Below are positions 14,454 through 27,200 of a DNA stretch of 57,467 bases, one piece after another. The notes below the pieces were generated by a model that was given only the letters and a program-made list of their open reading frames with translations, ran no database searches and had not been told where the DNA came from. The DNA is from Priapulus caudatus (Eukaryota), in assembly GCF_000485595.1 (NCBI RefSeq), contig NW_014577067.1, positions 900,553 to 958,019 on the forward strand. The letters run 5' to 3'. Position numbers and translations under genes: made by a program. How positions within the stretch are numbered: the stretch's first letter is position 1; each line of letters opens with the position of its first letter.

Positions 14454-14756
14454 GGCCTAAGAAAAAAATATGTTTATTTCCGCTAACGAGCTGAAAAAAA
14501 TTGGACATGGAAGGCAGGGAAAACTTTTTTTTATCAAATATTTTTTATTTTTTGTTGTATTCTAATAATACTTGTTATATATATATAAAATTATATTGTA
14601 TAACAGCCCATATAATGACTTCAAAGTCAAATCAATGTATTCACCGATCAATACCACGTTGGGATTTTTTATATTTGTGTAAAAAAAAGAAATTTCGCCC
14701 GGCAGTTTAAAATGGACTCGGTCGGGTTAGCGGAAACAAACGTCTTTTTTTAGGCC
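14454..14756. mobile_element. PIF/Harbinger-like MITE
   Basis: GGCCTAA...TTAGGCC imperfect TIRs with TTA on both flanks (14451-14453, 14757-14759). Confidence 0.75.
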
Positions 14757-15345
14757 TTAGTCGCCTACAAGAGCAATGACACATAGGGCCACACTGCACA
14801 GTGGGGAACTTCTATCATAATGTAATGATGAGTATTTCATCACAGATGATCAGATCATAGCTCTAGTACTATCGCCCACATAAAGTTGCCGCAGGGCTAT
14901 TACGAATGCTTGGTACCAACTTATTCACGGTTACTCGCGGCTACAAAACGTCTGTGGTAGGCAAATAATGCATCTTATCCGAAGTGAATATGTCTTAAGT
15001 TATATCAGCCACTAAAATTTAACCTCTAACTATCGTTGAAATGGTCTACTCACGGTATTTCTTGTAAACGAACATTATTTATACGAACTTCAAACGGTCA
15101 TTTTTGGTGGATCCAGTCATCGGGAACTATGTATTTCCGCACGTGGAGGGGTGGGCGGATTGTGTTGGTTGTGGACAAAAACATTGTTGTTGTCAAGTAA
15201 CAAATTAAGCGATCAAAAGAGATTGTAATATTAGTTTTGTCATGAAAGATGAACNNNNNNNNNNATCGTTGAAATGGTCTACTCACGGTATTTCTTGTAA
15301 ACGAACATTATTTATACGAACTTCAAACGGTCATTTTTGGTGGAT

Positions 15346-15599
15346 CCAGTCATCGGGAACTATGTATTTCCGCACGTGGAGGGGTGGGCGGATTGTGTTG
15401 GTTGTGGACAAAAACATTGTTGTTGTCAAGTAACAAATTAAGCGATCAAAAAAGATTGTAATATTAGTTTTGTCATGAAAGATGAACAATTAAATTACTA
15501 TTATTAATTTGTTACCTGACAACAACAATGTTTTTGTCCACAACCAACACAACCCGCCCACCCCTCCACGTGCGGAAATGCATAGTTTCCGCTGACTGG
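15346..15599. repeat. Foldback element with 96-bp inverted arms
   Basis: 15346-15441 is the near-perfect reverse complement of 15504-15599. Confidence 0.85.
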
Positions 15600-15700
15600 C
15601 TGAAGTAAGTTGGTTCCAGTGGCGTAGCGAGGATTCTTTAACATGGGGTGAGGGGGGGGGAGCAAAAACAGCAAACTGCGAAAAATAGTGGATGACTTAA

Positions 15701-17115
15701 AGCCGCACTATGCGCATCCAAACGCTAATTTCTCCATACTAGACTAGCAAATACTTCGTGTCATGCATAATCACACTACCTTATGGCAAAATAAACTCTA
15801 GTTCCTCCCATTTCAGTGCGCGTTTGCTTAAAACCCACAAGAAAGAGGTGCGAAAACTGGTAATCTGGCGCCAACGCTAATGGCCCTGTCACACATTGAC
15901 GATTTAGCCAGCGTATGCCGGACGTATCAAAAATTTGGTGAATACGCTGGTGTACGTCGAATAAGTTATAGGTAAGCTTTGTATAAGTTAAGAGCACGCT
16001 GGTATACGTCGTAGTACGGCGAGGTCATCGAAAAATTTTGAGCATGCTCAAAATTTTTCTGACGTATGCCAGCGTATGCCCATACGTCCCGCATACGCGG
16101 GCCATAAGTTGTAGGCAAGTTATGCGATCGTTGACACACGTTCACACACGTTCACACACGTTACTTGTAAGTTACTCATAAGTCGAAATACGTCGAGATA
16201 ATGTCTAGCGTACCCAAAACTTATTTCTAACTTATGAGTAACGTGCTTTGAACCTATGTGTAACTTATCTCCAACGCATATTGACGTATGTAGACGTATT
16301 TGACATGTTCCGGACAACCACAGAACTTCTGAACGTGTTTCTAACTTACAGCTACCGTATAATGGCGTATTGGCAGCGTTTAGGGGAATTGGTATATAAA
16401 AATGGTATTGGCATGTTGATACTGCGACGGTGATGTTGATACTGCGATGTCTAGTGCGGTTATGATTTGAATCGTCGAGCGGCAGCCTTTTTGTAGGCTA
16501 CGACACGTGATCGTCGACGATACGCTGCCGCGCGCTATGCACAAGTTAGACTATCGTTGGGCATAAGTTGTGAACGCCGGCAACACGCTAAGCATTCGTT
16601 GGTATAAGTTATCTATAAGCTATCGAAACGTTCTATATACGTTACTAATACGTTAAGTATACGTCCAACTCGTTATGAATACGCTATGTATACGCCCAAA
16701 ATTGAAAAAAACATCGATAGTTCAGCGTATGCCAGCGTTTTAGAAAAATTTTGATACGTCCGGCATACGCTGGCTAAGTCGTCAATGTGTGACAGGGCAA
16801 TAAATTGTTTGCCAAACAATTTCGCCAAGAATCGGTTAGGTGACGTCACATGTTTTTATCTTTGCTACATCCGTACCACTGTACCACAGCACCGCTCCAC
16901 GGTTGCTTGGCAGAGCAACGCAAAAGTGTCAACAACATCGGAGAATTTGAACAACATTAAAGGTATTTTCAAATGCCTTTTATAAGACAACGCGCAGTGA
17001 AATGGGAGGAACTAGAGTTCATTTTGTCATAAGGTATAGTGTGATTATGCATGACACGAAGTATTTTCTAGTCTAGTACTGGAGAAATTAGCGTTTGGAT
17101 GCGCATAGTGCGGCT
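15701..17115. mobile_element. Kolobok-like TTAA MITE, copy 2, interrupted by a nested element
   Basis: TTAA at both ends. Collinear with copy 3 once 15881-16803 is removed. Confidence 0.85.
15881..16800. mobile_element. Nested 920-bp non-autonomous PIF/Harbinger-like element
   Basis: ~55-bp TIRs (tggccctgtcacacattgacga... / ...tcgtcaatgtgtgacagggcaa). The TAA TSD (15878-15880, 16801-16803) is confirmed by the empty site cgcTAAattg in copy 3. Confidence 0.88.
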
Positions 17116-17373
17116 TTAATATTTTAATGGTTCCTCCGCTACCCTCTCCACACCCTATGCTCCCCCGCCTCTCAGCTCTGCAATCTTTGTTTTGGGCGCC
17201 ATGTAAAAAGACGACATTTGTGTTCTTTGTTCTCTGCTCCCTAGATATGTTCAGTGGCGGATCCAGGATTACGAGGAGGGGGTGAACACACAGGCAGGGG
17301 GGTATGAGCGTCCTACCCCAGAAAATGTTGAAAATGTAGATCGCAGGAGATGGTATTTGAGGCACTTTTGAGT

Positions 17374-17675
17374 ANNNNNNNNNNNNNNNNNNNNNNNNNN
17401 NNNNNNNNNNNNNNNNNNNNNNNNNNNNNNNNNNNNNNNNNNNNNNNNNNNNNNNNNNNNNNNNNNNNNNNNNNNNNNNNNNNNNNNNNNNNNNNNNNNN
17501 NNNNNNNNNNNNNNNNNNNNNNNNNNNNNNNNNNNNNNNNNNNNNNNNNNNNNNNNNNNNNNNNNNNNNNNNNNNNNNNNNNNNNNNNNNNNNNNNNNNN
17601 NNNNNNNNNNNNNNNNNNNNNNNNNNNNNNNNNNNNNNNNNNNNNNNNNNNNNNNNNNNNNNNNNNNNNNNNNNN
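17374..17675. other. Assembly gap (N run)
   Basis: Run of N. Confidence 0.99.
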
Positions 17676-17799
17676 AGGCATTTCGGTTTTCTGGGCATAA
17701 GAATTGGAAGAAATGCCATGTCGTAGCGTTTAAGGCAAGAACACACTGCAGCGAACCTGACTATGTCAAAATAAATTCAGAGCTACTTTTCTGTCATTG

Positions 17800-18700
17800 T
17801 GCCTTACGCGTGTTACTCGATCCGATCTCGGTAATCCACAAGCTTATCTAATAACAGACTTTACGCGGTAATTAGTACTAACACTGGCTGTTTACGCTAG
17901 TATGAACTGCTGTGTTTACAACCTGACCGTAAGATTTCTACGGTGGGCGATCGGGGATGCGCATTTATGCTGCACGGCGTGATCAGTATGTCTCGCGGCT
18001 GACCGCGAGATAAGTCCAAGTGTTGGATTGGCAAACGGTCATAACAATAACAGAATGCAAAATTGTAATTGTGTCATGATTTTTGGTGAAGAAGGTCCAA
18101 AGTGCTATTTTATCGTTACTCTAGGACAATTGCTTGTTACTCAGCAATAACGGTAGGTGCCATGAAAGTGGGGAAAACACTTAGAAAACTTTCGGCATAC
18201 TTACTTTAAATTAACCAGGCTGCAAAAACTCTAGACATAAGGATAACTCCGTATAAGATTATTATAAAGTTAAATAATACGCACAAATTATCATGTACGT
18301 ATTCGTAACTTGCGTGCTAGCTTTGCGTACAGCTTGCACACTTTGTTAGCTGGTTCGCGGCGCTCGATTGTTTGTGAGCATGCACGCGAAGTTTAGCGCC
18401 GGAGACCTAGTCTATCGTCTTGGCTAGCATTATGGGTTATGACGTATTCGTAAACCGTCAAACGCTGTCGATGGAAACGGCTGCTGATTGGCTATGTTGT
18501 AAAGTGTCGCTGGCGATTGTCGCTAGAGAATTAGAAAACGTTCTAAATTATTTTTGAGTCGAGGTTGTCGCCGGTCGTTGTCGTGTGTGTTGTGTGCAAT
18601 GTGGCTCATAGGAAAACAATAGTTCTAATTTCCTGACAAAGTTCGTTTGTTCGTTTACGGTTCGGTTGTCGGCTGTCGTGGCTTGGGGCAGGTGTGCTTG
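17800..18700. promoter_or_regulatory. Candidate CpG-rich promoter region, possibly for FAM114A2 and/or a divergent transcript
   Basis: Locally CpG-rich. ATTGG (CCAAT) boxes near 18027 and 18488, TGACGTA at 18440. Candidate minus-strand donor near 17807 and plus-strand donor near 18692. No transcript evidence. Confidence 0.35.
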
Positions 18701-20058
18701 TCCTTTAGTCTGTATCTCCCGGATTGCGGGTAGTAATATGAGGATACGATTTTGGCAGCGATTGCTGAGGCGAATGTTACTGTGTACGATTTTGAACTTC
18801 AATGTGGTTGAGTTTATCACAGTAGACACAAAAGTATTCTAAGGATAGTACTGACGAATTTCCCTTTGTTTAAGGTTGAATCACACTCGCTGTCCTATTA
18901 CTATCTTTCTGTGTTCTTACTATGTATCTATGATTTAGAATTTAACTCAAGCATTCACATCAGCAGCTGTATACGATGCGGCGCAGTATAGGTGTCTTGT
19001 AGAAGTTTTCGCGGCAGTAGTTTATGCATGTATATGGCGTATGAAAGCTGGGCGCAGTCTAGGATGTGCGCATTCTGGTTCGATGTATCGTGGCGGCGAA
19101 TGTGTTGTCCTCATAGTAACGTGCATACGAAATCTATTGGAGAATTGAGTTTGAAATTAGAAATTAGTTTTGAAAATTTGTTGTGTTTTAGCCATTTATG
19201 CTCTCATTTGCCAATAATGAGTCATTGCCATTACACTATTGCTATTTTTTGATATAAAGCATTGTTATCTAAAATATGATCTCAGCTTGTTTCCTGGTAG
19301 CTAGTCAACATCAGTCTAATAGCTTTAGTTTAACATTTTCTGTAATATATTTGTATGATTATGCCATTGCGTTTTACGCAATTTATTTCTTAATTTTGGT
19401 AAGGTTTACTAAAATCTGATCTTAACTTGTTTACTGTAACCGTCTATTCTGCTCTTAAATGTTAGCGTTAATCATTTTACATTTTGTGATATAAGAAACA
19501 TAAAAATTTTACGCAACAATAAATGTTGTTGTAATAGATATTAACTTGATAAGCAATAAGCCAGTAGTTTGTTTGATAATTTGCCAATTTAAGTGTAGTA
19601 AACCTCTATCGTCCAAGTAGGATTGTTAAAGCTGCAAACATGCATCATCACCGTATTGCTATCGTTACATATATTTCAGAATTGGAAATTTTTGGCTAAG
19701 CAATGCCTCATTAATCATGGCTTATAGCCATTGCTAATTTCAGTCCGAATGATATACGTAGCCCTAGCTAGCGACTGTGTGAACAGGGCTATGTCACTGA
19801 TCAGATTGCATGTCGATTCTATAACGCTTCTCGTGTCTGACTAAATTCTCACTGGGAGATTCATCTAATTTAATATTGTGGTTACCTATACTGCCAGATT
19901 GGTTTAACGTAAATTCAGTAACGAGTTCTGCCATCATTTTTGAGCTCACACCGCATACACTTATTAACAAATCTACATATGACGATTAAAGATTGATAGT
20001 CTACAGCAACAATTGTAAAAGCAAATAGTAGGCTTTGCCTTCAATCCCGCACACCTAA

Positions 20059-21259
20059 ATTAAGTCCCACCTGGATAAAAGTAGGCATAGTAGGACCCGA
20101 TCCCTTTCAAAGATAGTTTTAAATAGGTTTTCTGAGCTTACATATGCAGCTACACCAGAGGAATTGCACCGACGCTGTGATTGGAAGACAAAATATAGAC
20201 CGTTGACGTTTCTTCTGATGAGTCGTCAGTACATGTAAATACTCGCATAAGTTTAAATGTTTCAGGACCAGCATGTTTGAGTAGCGACTCTACGAAACAT
20301 GACGACATATCGCGTTAAGTCATCATTTTATCGACTTATATGTTAGGCTCATGCTCCAGCACACGACGTCCGTTCGCTGGCTTAGGACTAGGTTGCTACA
20401 CACATAGCAAACATGAAACAATGCGGTCCAGTACATCAATACGATCGATTGCGCTGGCTGCCATAACACACGTATCTAGCTTACGCACTTAGCGGCAAAG
20501 CGCGGCACATCGCTGTGCTATCTGTAACACCTCGCTGTTGATTTACATGTAACTTGCCATTGCAGGACATTTGCGGTGCAACGTCGCCAAATTTCTTGGA
20601 AGCACATGCTGTATTAAATAATACGGTATATCGCAGCCCATGCTCTAGAACGAACTAGTTAGTGGTAGCAGAATTTCCAAGGAGTTCACTTACTTAAGTA
20701 TATACAGTCTAGATTCAACTACATTACACACGGACTTCCTGCATATGTCAAATCCGAGTCCGACAGTAAATCAGGGTTGGTATCTAGCTATATCCGGACA
20801 TCACGTTAATTTCGCACCATCAGCGAATTGTCATTACGCTACGCCATCAGCAATTTCTGATGACGACTTAGACTGGAAAATTGACTGTTTGTGATACATG
20901 GGACCCTGTCTAGAGGCACCAGCCTTCCACATATGAACGGCTAATTATACAATATGGACTTAGCGGCGGGGCTATTCAATGGATTTACTAATGAGAGAAA
21001 TCGAGACCTTTGACCATCCATGATGCTTATGCTGAATTGACGAGTGAGACGATGACGACTAATGCGAGTTTTCTCTATGTATGAATATCTCACTGACTGT
21101 CTTTACCTGATATTTTATTTCAACGGGATTACCAACGTTTACACCTCTTTATTACGAGGACTCTGCACGAATATTTGCATACTTTCGCAAAGAGTTCTGT
21201 TCAAAGTAGCGCGTTCGTATTGTATTCTAGAGCAATTCCCTCCGTTCCTACCGCTGTAG
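20059..21259 (+). pseudogene. MITE-interrupted open reading frame, possible MULE-type transposase relic
   Basis: Removing the TA-flanked MITE joins 20059-20231 to 21082-21259 into 116 open codons (IKSHLDKSRH...NRFSELTYAATPEEL...FNGITNVY...RVLFKVARSY). The family call rests on recalled motif order only. Confidence 0.35.
20232..21079. mobile_element. pogo/Tigger-like MITE, indel-rich copy
   Basis: Collinear with 51007-51651. TA at 20230-20231 and 21080-21081. Confidence 0.75.
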
Positions 21260-23674
21260 CCACTGAATCTGCCAACAATCTGATTAGCTGCAAAAACTCA
21301 TTCAAGGCGGATATGACTGTTTCTGGCACAGTAACTGAGGAACGCCCGGCATTGGCTATGGAAATACTACTATTACTCAGACTCTAGTAATAATACTCGC
21401 GAGAGCTGCAATATACGGCAACGATAGCCGGGCAAGCTATCCCGCTGGCTTATAGTACTAGAAACGCTATACTAGTAGGTCCTAACTACTACTATACTAG
21501 TATACCAGGTATTACTACACTAAGTACTAGCTCCAACGAAACGTCTTTGCAGGTTTAGAAGACGCTTGTTGTCGGGTTATTACGATATGTCACTACTTAC
21601 TACTACAGAGTTAGATAATGCCCCGCCACATGAAGAAACATCAAACAACGTTCACAGAATTGAAATTTCCTACCTAATTGTAAGGTATAATGGCAAGACA
21701 GGACACTTTTTTGAAGGCATTATCTAACCCATTTATTCGTAGTCAGTACTCCATACTCAATAGCTTTCTAACGTTCTACAATATCTTGAGCCAAATTGAT
21801 CAAACGAAAGTTGCCATTCAGTATAGAAATACGCCGGCTACACTTCGGGCGGTATTAAACGACATTCATTTTTACTCAGCATTAATTCCCCTATTTCTGT
21901 CCTTTAAAACAAGCCCAAGATCGATTCTTCTGTGTGTCTTGCATATAGCAGGTACGAGTAAATCTGTAAGTTGATTAGTCCCACAAAATACAGTACACAA
22001 TATCCAAGGTAGTCTCTGGCCCCATGGCGCGGATGTAAAACATGTTGTAGGGCTGCACTTGTGTCGCGCGCCGGCGTTGACATGATGGGATATGAATCCG
22101 AAGTATAGAAAAATGAAACGTCTCTTATACGACATTCACGTAAAGGATAGACCACGGCGAATAAAAAAGGTAAATCACAACACGAAATGTATTTACTCTG
22201 ACTAATAACTACTAGGCCTACCAAAGTCTAATCAAGTTAATGTTCTCTTACTCTATTCGCACCCCCCCCCGATCCGAGTCCGCGTCCGGTGCCAACCCAA
22301 AGTCCAAGTCCGAGTCCGAGTTTGCACCAACCCGAGCTCGCGAGTCCAGTTTTGATTAAAAGAAAAAGGAAGGGCACAGAACCGAAACGAACACGACTCA
22401 AACTTCTATGTATGTGATTGTTCAAATAATGTGGTGGGGGGGTGTCCCTGGCCCCCTGGATCTGTCACTTGTTTGCCATGTGAAATAGGAAAGACAGTAA
22501 AAATCTTACATAAAGTCGAGACACATTTTGGACACCCCCGCATCGTTGATCTGTCAAAGTCAAACAAAATGTAAAAAATTAAATGGAATTGTTTCTACTA
22601 AAATAGAATTGTCCGTAGTCAGTAAATGAAGGCTGTACATGTACTCAAAAGTGCCTCAAGATACACATCTTCCTGCTGATCACATTTTTAAACATTTTCT
22701 GGGTAGGACGGCGTCGCATTTACCCCGCCTTATGTCCATATGTGAAAATTAAGGAGAACTCTAATGCCGATGTAAAGGCCTAACCCACCAATGGCTGACT
22801 CGAAGACTGTATAGTCAATTCGCCCTCCCTCGCTGTACTTATTTTAAAAAACTTGTTGTGATATATGTAAAAATGTAATATACTTGAAAGCGTAAATAAA
22901 TTTAAAAAAAAAAAGAAAAAAAAATCTAAAATCTAGCACTCTCTCATTTGGTTTAACAAGCCGTGTCATTCTCGTAAAACACAAATGGATCTGTTACTTT
23001 AACACGTTTCGTAGGACTCATGTCTCTGTGTTTTCGGCTGACTATACACTTTTGAATGTCTACGATGCACTGTTGCGATTTTTTCCCAGATCAATTGTAT
23101 AAATCGACAAAAAAAGGATGACTTACGTATAAGTCGTCATTTTCCTAAGTCGACACAAATATGCTGGTCCCAAAAGTGTCGACTTATGTAAGTTTTACTG
23201 TACTTTCTATTTCATGCAAACAAGTGACAGATCCAGGGGGCAGGAGACACCCCCCCCCCACACATTTTTGAACAAACACATACATAGAAGTGAGTGGTCT
23301 TGTCGGTCTGTGCCCCCCTTTTTTTTTTATCAAAACTGGACTCGGACTCGGGTGGTGCAAACTCGGACTCGGACTTGGACTTGGGTGGCACGGACTCGGA
23401 CTCGGGCTCGGGGGGGGTGCGGACTCGGACTCGGACTCGGGGGGTGCGGACTCGACTACAACACAGTCACTGATTACTATATCTATATATTAGAGATATC
23501 TCTTATTTTACTATAAAGAGAGATCTCTTCTTCTTCTTGTTTGTGCACAGGGCGTGCGTGCGGTGTACTTGTGTGTTGCAGATGAGCATTTGAGCGACAT
23601 TTACAGGTAATTATCGGCAATAATAGGCGAAATAGAGTAGAGAAACATTAACTTGATTAAGACTTTGGTAGGCC

Positions 23675-23708
<34 letters not shown>
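23675..23708. repeat. (TAG)n microsatellite
   Basis: Directly visible. Confidence 0.9.
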
Positions 23709-23709
<1 letters not shown>

Positions 23710-24149
23710 AATACATTTCGTGTTTATTTACCTTTTTTTATTTTATTGAGACGTTCCAAGTGCCTGTAGGCTATAAAGTATAATATATAGTACTAGAGCT
23801 AATCAGATACTGACACACACACAGACATTGACTCAAGTCAATGTTATATCATGAGACTATCAATATTGTTGATAGACTCAGGTTATATCATGATCGCTAT
23901 TGAGTATTGTACTTGTAGTAGTCTGAGTATTGACTATTGTCTTGATGCCATTGTTAGTGTTATAACTTATACCACTTATACAATAATACAGTACTTCCAT
24001 AATCATATTTCATATAACCCCCCCAGATCTGCTTAGTCATTAACTCTCCCTATAAATTTCACTAAGTTAAAAACGTGCTACAACTACAACTTAGTACTTG
24101 CAGTTGCAATATTTTCCTGAAATTTCACCAACACCACGTCAGTTTTGTT

Positions 24150-24230
24150 GATATGGCTAGTGGCGCCACGTTGCGGATTATCTGCGCATGTGCACTGTCG
24201 TGATATTTACAGACCCCGTCTACTGGAAGA
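24150..24230 (+). promoter_or_regulatory. Candidate ZMAT2 core promoter/5' UTR
   Basis: NRF1-like TGCGCATGTGCA at 24183-24194, ~40 bp upstream of the proposed ATG. Confidence 0.45.
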
Positions 24231-27200
24231 ATGGCAGCCTCCACAAATGTTAGTGGAAAATTCGTAGAGTATTTACAAAATGTTTACATCAATAATAGTC
24301 TATATGTTAGCCAATGGCTACTGCATAGTGACAGTTTGTGACGCTCTAAGTATTTTTGTTAGCCTTCAGCGTAAGATTACCTAATTGTAGCTTATTATTT
24401 CAATTGTCACAAAAGTCAAAAGACACTGACCGAGTCACTGACGTGCATACTCGTAGTCATAGTCATACTTAGCTCGGTTCAAGGATAGAGAACATGGGTC
24501 CCAATAAAACCAATGTCATTTACATCAATATAAATATAATATTATATCAATATAATAGGTTAGGGTTATGGTTAGGGTTATTGTTAGGGTTAGGGTTAGG
24601 CACATTGGTTTTATTAGGACCCATGTTCTCTATCCTTGGGCCGTATTTATTAACCATCATTTTATTATTGAAACGGCCCAAGTGCCTGTGGTACCCAGGG
24701 TACCCTCCGATAGTACGGCCCAAGGATAGAGAACATGGGTCCTAATAAAACCAATGTGCCTAACCCTAACCCTAACCCTAATTCTAACCCTAACCCTAAC
24801 CCTAACCCTAACCCTAACCCTAAACCTACAACTTGTCAGTACTAGACCTACCAGTACCAGTAAATAGCCTTGAATCTTAAGCCGCACTATGCGCATCAAA
24901 ACGCTAATTTCTCCAGTACTAGACTAGCAAATACTTCGTGTCATGCATAATCACACTACCTTATGGCAAAATAAACTCTAGTTCCTCCCATTTCAGTGCG
25001 CGTTTGCTTAAAACCCACAAGAAAGAGGTGCGAAATCTGGTAATCTGGCGCCAACGCTAAATTGTTTGCCAAACAATTTCGCCAAGAATCGGTTAGGTGA
25101 CGTCACATGTTTTTATCTTTGCTACACCCGTACCGCTGTACCGCAGCACCGCTCCACGGTTGCTTGGGAGAGCAACGCGAAAGTGTCAACAATATCGGAG
25201 AATTTGAACAACATTGGAGGTATTTTCAAATGCCTTTTATAAGACAACGCGCAGTGAAATGGGAGGAACTAGAGTTTATTTTGTCATAAGGTAGTGTGAT
25301 TATGCATGACACAAAGTATTTGCTAGTCTAGTACTGGAGAAATTAGCATTTGGATGCGCATAGTGCGGCTTTAATGTTTGATTTGACCTAATAACTTTAC
25401 TTCAATACCGTCCAATACACCGCTGCAACAGACATTCCTATAGCGCGCACGCCATTGTGCACAAATACACAGTAATATAGAGGCGTGCGCGCTATAGGAA
25501 TGTGTGTTGCAGCGGTGTATTGGACGGTATTGAAGTAAAGTTATTAGATCAAATCAAACATTAAGACTATTAGGCCATGAGAATTGAGGTATGAGTTTAC
25601 CGTCCACCGCCCGCATGCCGTCAGAGCCACCGCCAAAAATATTCATTATTTCAAAAGTATTTCATTATTTTCATTTTTAAATCATCAAAACCCAAGTTGT
25701 CCATTCCAGGCTTTCAGATTTGAAAAGTACAGGAGGACTATTAATGACTCCCCTAGGACACCATAGGGGGTCTTTTCACGCTCCATAATCACACCATTAA
25801 GAGGCATGATGGAGAACTCCACTAAAAAATCACACCCTTAAGAGGCATGATGGAGAGCTCCACTAAAAATCACACCCTTAAAAGGGATGATGGAGAGCTC
25901 CTTGAGGGCTCTCCATCATGCCTCTTAGGGTGTGATGATGGAATAATGACCAATCCTCAGTCTAGAGTGAAATCCAAAACGAAAATTGGGATGTCATGTT
26001 AATCCACTGATTATCATTCATCTTCACCTTCATTCATTCAATGGCTTTGTCATTATTACATTATTTTCATCCAACAACCCAACACTAGCACACAGATTAA
26101 TAAAAGAGTTGATCGGATGTAAAAATAAACTTGTTTTATTTATTCTGATCTTCATCTTTAGAGACTCTAATCCATGTACCTGCATATTTCATCACGAAAT
26201 ATCATCACAATCCATCAACAAACTAACCAAATTACTTGTACGTAGTAGCCACGTATGTAGCTCCTCCAACCCTATGACTGTTTCACGTCGGCAGAAAACC
26301 ACTTCTCGCCACGTATAGTGGAAAACGAGCAGGTACCTTGTGGCTACCGTGTAGGTACCTGTATTTGGATGCTGTTGTCTAGTTGTATAAACCAGAGGGT
26401 AGTAACCTGTACCTCTGCCATACGTTCAGTTATTTACACACCACAAATTGTTGTGTGTTGCTAACCTTTTTGTACCCCCTACACTGACAACTGTCACAAC
26501 TCTATGGAGCGCTATTTCAACATAATACACATATTTTTTGTACGCGATTTCAACCACTTTTATGAGGCGCGATGATGCACGCACCGTGGCACAATTTCGG
26601 GTGCGCCGTGGAGCGTGAGCGTGATCGCGCCCTTTAAAAATGAAAGCCTGCCATTCAGAGCGATTAAAACATACATTACCAATACAAAAACACTATAGGG
26701 CCTATTTACATCCTTCATTGGGGTCCTGATCCCCTCTGGCTCTTTGAGACCTTGGGTTTGGTTTTGGTTTAGGGCGCAAAAGCATGCTGACGTATCCTGA
26801 GTACATCGACTTACAGCCCGATCCTGAAAAACGTGCCAGGCTACAGTTGGAAATGGTTATTACACACATGTATGCGGATGTCGCATGAACAATGGGTTAA
26901 CTACAAATATTAAATGAATAATGAAAATTGAAAAAAAGCCTCCTCACTTTTCAAAATATCTTGGACGGTAAACTCATACCTAAATTCTCATGGCCTTACT
27001 GATACTGGTAGGTCTACCGTCTAGTACTGACAAGTTGTATTTATTAACCATCATTTTATTATTGAAACGGCCTAAGTGCCTGTGCTGGGTACGGTCCGAT
27101 ATACCAGATTGTACCCTGGTAACTATCTGATGGTTAGGGTTAGAGAGTAGGCGATTCCCTAGACGAACTTGCGGCCCCGGTTTTTGCGCGCAGCGCACAG

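Noticed and set aside
19794..21355. Minus-strand spliced gene (21355-21252, 20214-20142, 19972-19794) with a vaguely phosphatase-like translation
   Set aside because: Phases are compatible, but acceptors are weak, part of it is the antisense of the plus-strand frame, and the region is noisy. Kept only as the alternative to the MULE hypothesis.
21610..21635. LDNAPPH as a pogo/DDE_1 transposase motif
   Set aside because: The following QPLD motif is absent; a single short match is insufficient.
24760..24826. True telomere or chromosome-fusion scar from facing TTAGGG/CCCTAA tracts
   Set aside because: The tracts are short and embedded in repeated element termini.
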